DNA of 64,000 nucleotides from Eledone cirrhosa (Eukaryota): NCBI GenBank assembly GCA_964016885.1, contig OZ024741.1, positions 358,422,001 to 358,486,000 of the forward strand, read 5' to 3'. Shown piece by piece: positions 55,697 to 64,000 of this stretch (position 1 is its first letter; each line of letters starts with the position of its first letter). The notes under the pieces were generated by a model. It saw only the letters and a program-made list of their open reading frames with translations, ran no database searches and was not told where the DNA came from. The position numbers and the translations under genes were made by a program.

Positions 55697-55786
55697 ATCT
55701 CTCGGACAGATTAGAGATTTAATCTGTTTCGCTCTGAAAATTGTGTTTGTAACAGATAATCTGTAGGCTTTCCTCAGCGAGAGATA
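55697..55786 (-). ncRNA. Type I hammerhead ribozyme motif with full stems I and III
   Basis: Minus strand: ATCTCTCG-CTGAGGA-(40 nt stem II region)-GAAA-CAGATTA-AATCTC-TAATCTG-TC-CGAGAGAT. GUC site. Confidence 0.8.
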
Positions 55787-55940
55787 AGATGAAATGAAAC
55801 AAAACACAGCTAACCACAACTCACAGGAGTAAATAATACACCTCGTGGGCTACACGCTATACGTGGTGCGAGTGGATATGCTAGAAATAATAGCCTTATA
55901 CTCAACTTATAAGCTCACGTAGTTAGGGAGCCGAAATACA

Positions 55941-56038
55941 AATACAGAATTATTAACTCATATTGGTACCCTGCAATTAACAAGCTCAATTTGAGCTTGT
56001 TAATTGCAGGTACCAATATGAGTTAATAACTCTGTATT
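55941..56038. repeat. Near-perfect palindrome abutting (TA)n, on the 5' side of the minus-strand hammerhead module
   Basis: AATACAGA.TTATTAACTCATATTGGTACC(C)TGCAATTAACAAGCTCAA-T-TTGAGCTTGTTAATTGCAGGTACCAATATGAGTTAATAA.TCTGTATT. Confidence 0.85.
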
Positions 56039-56059
56039 ATATATATGAATATATATATA

Positions 56060-56193
<134 letters not shown>

Positions 56194-56539
56194 TATATAA
56201 ATATATTATATAAATATAATATATATATATATTCAAAAATATAGACCAGCATTAAATATAGTTTAATATACATTGATGTGTTAACACCATAACATGCTAA
56301 CCATACCCCCCCCCCACTCACACATACGCACACACATAACACCCATCTCCATTTCTACTAATGGAATCATTTTCCTTCACAGAAATAAAAAATATATCTG
56401 CCGCCACCACCACCATGATCGATACAAACATTCAATTTATTTCAATAGAATGCCTGAATTTTGACACCTCAGCACATCAGCCATACTCACAGAACCTGAA
56501 CGATTTCTCCCCATCCCTTTTCTTTTGTTTGGCACAAAA

Positions 56540-57464
56540 CTTGTGACTGAGAAAACGGCTATAAAGAACCCAAAAATATGAACTAGTGCGAAATTTATGT
56601 ACTTATTCACTTGACAGGCATAACCAAACAAATTACATTTATAAAAAAAAAAACATTTTGAGCCACTTTTTAAAGTGAAAATGACAAAAAAGAACCTTCA
56701 AACGCGAACTGGCGCGAAAGTTGATGTACTTATTCACGTGACAGTCATCAACCAACCAAATTTCACTTATATATGAAAAAACAACATTTTGAGCCACTTT
56801 TTTAAAGGCAAATACAATGAGAACTTTGTAACGCGAACAGGCGCGAAATTTAATATACTTATTCACGTGACAGTCATCAACCGACCAAATTATTATTTTT
56901 TTTAAACCTAGCAATTCGAGCCTCTTTTTTCCACATAAAACAGAAGTAACATTCGAACACCAACCAGATGCGAGAAAAACCACAAACCCGCCATCTCAAT
57001 TCTATTTTTGAAAAGGATAAGAACTATGAAACCGGTAAAGGAAACAAATAAATATTATTAAAAAGACTCCAGATGCATTTTCGATTTCTTTTCCTTATAT
57101 ATATATATATGACCCCCCACCCTTGTTTGAAGAACTTTGTAACGCGAACTGGCGCGAAATTTATTATAATTATTCACCAACCAATCAAATTACTTCTCAA
57201 AAAACCTGGCATTTCGAGCCACTTTTTCCATATAAAAAGAGTAACATTCAGAGACCAACCAGATGTGAGAAAAACCACAGACCCTCCATCTCAACTCTAC
57301 TTTTGAAAAGCAGAAGAACTGCGAAACCGGTAAAGGAACCAAATAAATATATATATTTAAAAAAAAATAAGACTCCAGTTGCATTTTCGATTTCATCTTC
57401 TTTTCTTTATACTTTCACTCGTGTAGGACACCTCGGTTATTTTTCATTTTGTAAAAAAAACCTC

Positions 57465-57473
<9 letters not shown>
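56540..57473 (+). repeat. Unclassified repeat with internal ~120-140-bp subrepeats, ending at (TA)n
   Basis: Repeated AACGCGAAC(T/A)GGCGCGAAA..TACTTATTCACGTGACAG..AACCAACCAAAT; the 3' part matches 11925-12130 and 5782-5930. Confidence 0.65.
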
Positions 57474-57524
<51 letters not shown>

Positions 57525-57537
57525 TGTTCAATTTCAG

Positions 57538-57628
57538 TACTGGGATGAAGAGCTGGAACTTGTGGCACAGAAGTGGGCAGAGAATTGTGCCTTTACTCAC
57601 GATTCGAGCATTAACAGAATAATACCAG
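57538..57628 (+). CDS. Internal exon of a CAP/SCP-domain (CRISP/venom allergen 5-like) gene
   Basis: TTTCAG|TAC...CCAG|GTAAAC; YWDEELELVAQKWAENCAFTHDSSINRIIP(G), matching the CAP WD-L-AQ-WA-C-F-H motif; ends in phase 1. Confidence 0.9.
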
Positions 57629-58600
57629 GTAAACTGAATACTTTTGATTTTAGATATGAATATAGGAACTGATATTTTCAACCTGGGCAATCTCACTTTT
57701 CTGTAATCAAATTTGATGATTGAGGGCGGATGTGTGAGAAATAGTAGCATGTACGTATATATGTTATGTTATACTATAGAATATATTATCTATAGAATTA
57801 ATATACATATAGGCAAATGTAAACACCTACATGGACACACAAAAATACTGCATATACAAAGGTGTTTACATTTATTTACATATGCATTCTTGGCTATAAG
57901 ACACGAGGGAATACTTCATTTGTGTTAACTACATGGCAACTTCTCTGGAGTAGGTGATCAACACGAAAAACGCGTCCAGAACACTATAAAGTGGTTGATG
58001 AGGAAAGGGCATCGGGCATGAAGCTGTAGAAAGACTGACGCACAAAGGTTCGGGAGAAATTCATCAGGTGCGTCAAAAACATGACAACCCTCTTAGTGTT
58101 GATGTCACAATAAAATGCAATCATCAGAACGAGGGAATGTATGTAATCAAACTGTAGGCCGCCTGTCCATCTGACAGGTCAGTAGCTCCGCCAGAGTGGT
58201 GGCTTGGCGTGTGAAGACCCGTCCAACCTTTACTAGCAGGGAAAACGAACGTTAGATGATGATAATGAAAATTGATGATGGAATCCCACACAAAAATTGA
58301 AACTAATCCAACTGATCCTTCTACGAAGGTATTGTTTATATAGGAAAGGTATTTACATCTGTCTATACATACTGTGTTGGTTAAAAGTCTATTGATGTAT
58401 TCTATAATACAGTATATACGGAGAAAGGTTTTTACACCTGTCTTTCCATACAGTGTTGTCTAAAAGTCTCTTTATATGTTGGTTTGTACAATATATACAA
58501 AGTGGCAAGTGTTGTTCTGGCCATGTCATCATTGGTTAATCATTAACAACTCAAAGTATCAATAATCAAAGGAATAAATCATAAGAGAACATTTATCAAT

Positions 58601-59757
58601 GATGGTAGAGGACAGAATCAGTAGAATTCTACATAAAATACCTTATGGTATTTTGATACGTCCTATTATGTTCTGATTTTATATTCAGTTTAGATGCTCA
58701 ACTTTGCTTACATAGTTCAGGAGGCCGAAAGAATAAGTACCAGTCAAATACTGGTATCCATTCAATTGACTATATTTATTTCCCCAGTATGTTGTTACCT
58801 TGAGCATATTAGAAACCATTATTAATCAAATCCCGCCGAGGTTGACTTTGCCTTTCATCCTTACGGGGTCGATAAAATAAAGTACCAGTAATGCACTGGG
58901 TAATTACTGGCCTTGTGCCAAAAGTAGAAACAATTATTAATAACAATGGATATGGCAGTATCAGTAGAGGGTCGGACGCTATGCTTTGCAGCACAGAGTT
59001 ACGCCCCTTTATGATCTGAGTTCAAATCCCGCCAAGGTTAACTTTGCCTTTCATCCTTACGGGGTCGATAAAATGAAGTACCAGTAATGTACTGGGTAAT
59101 TGCTGGCCTTGTGCCCAAAGTAGAAACAATTATTAATAACAATAAATGTTAGAGGGTCGGACACCATGCTTTCCAGCATAGAGTTACGTCCCTTTATGGT
59201 TTGAGTTCAAATCCTGCCGAGGTTAACTTTGCCTTTCATCCTTACAGGGTCGATAAAATAAACTACCAGTAATGCACTGGGTAATTGCTGGCCTTGTGCC
59301 AAAAGTAGAAACAATTATTAATAACAATAAGTGGATTGGCAGTACTGGTAGAATGTCAAACATCATGCTTTGCAGCGTAGAATTATGGCCCTTTACGTCC
59401 TGAGTTCAAATTCCGCCGAAGTTAACTTTGCTTTTCGTCTTTACGGGGCCGCTAAAATAAATCACCAGTAATGCACTGGGGTAATTGCTGGCCTTGTGCC
59501 AAAAGTAGAAACAATTATTAATAACAATAAGAGCAGTGAATTGGGAGGATTGGTAAGACATCGGATAAAATTCATTGCAATAGTTAGTTCTAACTCTTTA
59601 CTTACTCAGTTTAAATCCCACCAAGGTCAACTTCACAATTTATCCTTCCAGGGTCGATAAAAGAAAGTATCAGGCAAGTAATGAGGCCAGTTTAATGGAC
59701 CCCCCCCCCCGCCCCTATTTCTGGCCTTGTGCCAAAATTAGAAACAATTATTAATAA
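58601..59757 (+). mobile_element. Head-to-tail array of six Nin/Deu-domain SINE copies in the CAP intron
   Basis: Units at approximately 58601, 58827, 58952, 59150, 59331 and 59531, each ending TAGAAAC(A/C)ATTATTAAT(AAC). Confidence 0.85.
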
Positions 59758-59996
59758 CTATAGTGTGGAATCATTCAAATTGCAGCTGGATAGATACTTA
59801 AGCACCATTAGAGATGAACCCCATCTCCCAGGATATACACAACGAGCACAAACTGACTCAAACTCGCTCCTACACATGTCAAAATTAAACAGAGAATCCA
59901 ACCTGGCAACCACACCAGACTCTGAGGGTGGAGTCTTCGACTTGGCCTGAGCATGGACTCAAACTCAAATGAAATGAAATGAAATGAAATGAAATA
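59758..59996 (+). mobile_element. CR1-like LINE 3' end with (AAATG)n tail
   Basis: SVESFKLQLDRYLSTIRDEPHLPGY..SNSL, followed by (AAATG)5. Confidence 0.75.
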
Positions 59997-60142
59997 CAAC
60001 TTCGATGTTTAGATTTCTAGTGTAAAATGGAAAAAGTACTAGTAATATATTGAGGAAGATTCAACAAACATAGATGTATACTCATAACATTAAAAAATGT
60101 CATTTAAGGAAAGTAAAATGTTTTATTTTTTTCTCGTATTAG

Positions 60143-60279
60143 GAAGGTTTTCGGTTGGCCAAAATGTGGCAATGGGACCTAAGGACTGGGAAGAGGCTAT
60201 AACATTATGGGCTGGAGAATCCGAAACTTTCCAATACGGTGGAGGTAATCGTATGACAGAGGTTGGACACTACACTCAG
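60143..60279 (+). CDS. Next internal exon of the CAP/SCP-domain gene
   Basis: TATTAG|GA...CAG|GTAAGA; phase-compatible with the previous exon; (G)RFSVGQNVAMGPKDWEEAITLWAGE..VGHYTQ carries the CAP GQN and GHYTQ motifs. Confidence 0.92.
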
Positions 60280-60322
60280 GTAAGAACACACACACACACT
60301 TTATATATATATATATATATAC

Positions 60323-60360
<38 letters not shown>

Positions 60361-60409
60361 CAAAATATTAATAAATGAAGACATTCACATAATCAAAATA
60401 TATGTTTTA

Positions 60410-61723
60410 CTAGCAGCTGAGCCCGGTTGCACCCGGGGCCACTTTTTATTAAGTTAATAATTTGAAAAATATTATTGAAAGTTTATTATAAAGAAGCAGT
60501 TTCAGGGTAAAAAAAAATAGAAATATGCACTTGGGGCTGGACGGCGTACAATGAGAAGTGGAGCGACGTGAAAAGCATTGTTTATTAACAGCGAAATAGC
60601 AATGTCGATGATATGCAAGTTTGAAAATGCAGATTACGAAGGTTTGTATGATAGTTTACACTTTGATTGCCCTGGTCAGCAAGAGGGGCCTCTATATATT
60701 AGACGTTTATTAGAAGAGGGGAAAATAACTAACCCCAGTATTAGAACCGGGGGTTCGCAATGTAAGGGTTTTATTTCTTTTGTTAGAAAACAGTGACCTT
60801 TTTCGGTTTGGCATTTCGTAAAATTTTACTGCAGAATCGATTTCATAAAACGGTACTGTATGATCGTTATAGAAGTATTTAAATTTAATATAGAGCAACT
60901 GTAATTGAAAAATGAAAATGAAACGTACTGTAGAAGGCAACAGTTTATTAACAGCGAAATAACGTTGTCTTTAATATGTTATTTTAAATAAGACAATGAA
61001 TATTTTAAAAAAAACTGAATTAATTAACTACGGCTTATAGATCCCATTCATTAAGTTTACAATGAATATTTAAAAAAAACTGAATGAATTAACTCGGCAA
61101 CCCAAAGGCTTATAGATCCCATTCATTAAGTTTACATGCATGTATTCTTTAAACTTTTCATTTGACTTTGAAAAATACTACTTACTGTTAGTGGTGGTTA
61201 ACATGTATAGGAATTAAAATAAAAATGATGTCGGAAAAAACGTACATGAGAACACGCGTCCCTTCTTCGCAATTTAAGGGTTTTATTTCTTTTGATGGAA
61301 AACAGTGACCGTTTTCGGTTTGGCATTTCGTAAAATAGTACTGCAGAATCGATTTCATAAAACGGTACTGTATGTTAACAGCGAAAGAACGTTGTATTTG
61401 ATATGTTATGAAAAAATTGATGAGTTTAAAAATTTGTATGAAATTGTAAATAAGACAATGAATATTGAAAGCGACTACGGAAAATAACTCATCCAAGTAT
61501 TAGAACAGGGGGAAATAACTCACCGAAAGCGATAGTAAATAGACTGTTTTGGAGCCCTAGGGACCAATTTTTCAAGTTAGAGATTTGAAACCTCATCTAT
61601 TTGCTTCCTTGGCACTTTTTACATAAGTGTGTAAATTTTCATGTCCGTCCGACCACGTCTACTACCATTTAACCGTTCACAACTGAATTTCAACCACCAC
61701 CCATTTCACAAATATATATTAGA
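60410..61723 (-). mobile_element. Non-autonomous Helitron inserted at an A|T site within a PLE-derived palindrome arm
   Basis: Plus strand A|CTAG...GA|T; 3' hairpin CCCGG-TTGCAC-CCGGG. Removing it restores the reverse complement of 61940-62010. Confidence 0.88.
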
Positions 61724-61896
61724 TTATATATATTTCGAAGGTACTGTGCTGTTTTTTTCAGTACGCCCTCGTCAGATAAAATAGATGAATTGATGTATGA
61801 CATACCTCAACTGTCTTGATGGTTCAATTCCAGTATTGGCAGTACTGGAATTGAACCATCAAGACAGTTGAGGTATTTCATACATCAATTCATGTA

Positions 61897-61958
61897 TTTT
61901 ATCTGACGAGGACGTACTGAAAAAGCAGCACAGTACCTTCGAAATATATATAATAAAA
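61897..61958 (+). ncRNA. Type I hammerhead motif in a palindrome (mirror copy 61724-61781 -, split by the Helitron)
   Basis: TTTTAT-CTGACGA-GGAC-GTACTG..CAGTAC-CTTC-GAAA-TATATA-TA-ATAAAA. Confidence 0.75.
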
Positions 61959-62101
61959 CATATATTTTGATTATGTGAATGTCTTCATTTATTAATATTT
62001 TAAATAATATTAATAACTCCAGAAAACTTCTTTGTAGAGTGCTTTTAATCTATTGTAAAACTATATTCATTGAGTAATCAATGAACTATATTAATCTTTG
62101 G

Positions 62102-62159
<58 letters not shown>

Positions 62160-62166
62160 TATATAT

Positions 62167-62768
62167 ATACATATAGTCATCTTTATTTAAATTAATTTAA
62201 TTAATTAATTATCAGTGTGAAGTTTTCCTCACCTTAAACAATTAATTCAAATGAAACCCTCTACGTTAGTTGTACAACTTCAACAATGATATTTGTTCAC
62301 GTAGGCCGGTACCCAACGGAGTATTGTAAGCCCTAATAGAACAAGCATATGATTACAGGTACCAACTGTGACCATCCTACCTTTATTTTCAGTTATAGAT
62401 CTAGGACCACACTATCTGATGTCCTTATATAAAATGAAGTGAGATTTGGCTGCTGTTTATGAACGACCCCATTGTAGCTCTCTCATTGGTAGTGTTGTTG
62501 AAGTAATATATTGTAAAAGTTTTTCTGTTTTATTTATCATAAACATGACTATCCAAACTGTAGGTAAAATTGTAATTGGATTTTTATATCTTCATTTTTA
62601 TTTATATATACATATAGTCATCTTTATTTTAATTAATTAATTAATTAATTATCAGTGTGAAGGTTTCGTCACCTTAAACAATTAATTCAAATGAAACCCT
62701 CTACGTTAGTTGTACAACTTCAACAATAATATTTGTTCACATAGGCCAGTACCCAACGGAGTATTGTA
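62167..62768. repeat. Two ~160-bp direct repeats (62167-62328, 62608-62768)
   Basis: TACATATAGTCATCTTTATTT..CACCTTAAACAATTAATTCAAATGAAACCC..GTACCCAACGGAGTATTGTA occurs twice. Confidence 0.85.
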
Positions 62769-64000
62769 TATGAATTAATATGAAGACAGGGCGCTGCCTT
62801 TTCGTAATTTATGCGCATTATACATATGTCTGTTGGTCGTTACGTAACGTAAATCGGGCAGACACGCCTTCGTCAGACGGCTTGCTAAAGATGAGTAAAA
62901 AACAAACAAGAAAAATGTGATATAATAGTAGTACACATTGCTTGTGCTGTGTTGCTTAGATTTCGTAGTTGATTCAAAATTATCTTCGAATGTGTAAAAG
63001 ATGTTTGTCTTAATTGCTCGACTCTTAATTATGATTTGTGGATTTGCTGTCAGTAATTATGTACCTAATATAAAGCAGTACATAAACATTTCCGAATGTA
63101 CCCCTAAATATAAAGTGAATCTGAATCTACTTTGAATAACTGGTAATTATATAAATATATTTATAATCATAATTGAAATCATAATCTCTAGGGATCTCGC
63201 ACCTCCACCGGTCACATATATAACAGTCGATCAACAAGATCCCATACCTCAATCGCTTAACAAGTGGGGTGGTGTTCGTCAAATCGGACCAAGGAAAGAA
63301 TGTTTCCATCGGTCCGATTTGACCGAGGAAACAATGTTTCCATCGGTCTTTCCAAATATGAATTCTATTTACCGGTCGCAAATCCAGACAGAAGGAGCAA
63401 CGTGAAATAAAGTGTCTTGTTCAAGGACATAACGCATCGCCCGGTACGGGAATCGAGCTCACTGCAAATCCAATTCTCTAATTACTCAGCCACACGCCTT
63501 CATATATATTGGTCCTTATATATGACACAACAACACATCCATAAAATGCCCATTGCAGATATCACCTTAATCTATCAACCAGCAGTAGTTAAGTCAGTCA
63601 GTCTTCACTACAAACAGTAATAATTTTCTTTTATATATTCAAACAATAATGTAAATAACTTTCTTCTTACACACAAGTATGATTTGTTTTCATAAATACA
63701 GGTCTACCTAGTATTTCTATATATTTTTTTTATATCGTATTTCTTTACAGTTTTTTTAATCGTTTTTTTACTTTCTTAAAGTTTTTGTATATATATATAT
63801 TTTTTTGTATTAAAAAATATATTTCCGCATACATATTTACTTCTTTATCTATTCCCATATTCACATTCATAATGTTATTGTTATGGTTCTTCCCCTACTA
63901 CATCTGCTCGAATCATCAAGTAAAATACCATATAAGCCAGCGGCTTGAACTATACCTGAAAATAGACAAACCCTTTATTCTGTTCAAAGAAATGAACATT

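Overview
Repeat-saturated, AT-rich eukaryotic DNA, most likely from an octopod cephalopod. That assignment is inferred from the SINE families and the (TA)n-rich landscape and is not proven. The only host-gene sequence I can support is two spliced exons of a CAP/SCP (CRISP-like) gene at 57538-57628 and 60143-60279 (+). The rest is mobile DNA. It includes four Tx1/L1-clade LINE copies, three with (GATA)n at their 3' ends and one nearly full length. It also includes several Penelope-like elements (PLEs; RT + C-terminal GIY-YIG) embedded in (TA)n, RTE and CR1-like LINE fragments, a Tigger/pogo transposon, Tc1/mariner remnants, two non-autonomous Helitrons, and many tRNA-derived SINEs including a tandem array. 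A miniature LTR retrotransposon (TRIM) with a tRNA-Trp primer site, long (TA)n arrays and a 200-N gap are also present. The most striking unannotated signal is a dense field of roughly 18 type I hammerhead-ribozyme motifs from several unrelated PLE-terminal families. Many are arranged as inverted (palindromic) pairs in (TA)n, and they show stem covariation and U3-A8 core variants. All RNA structures were folded by eye, and no activity is demonstrated.
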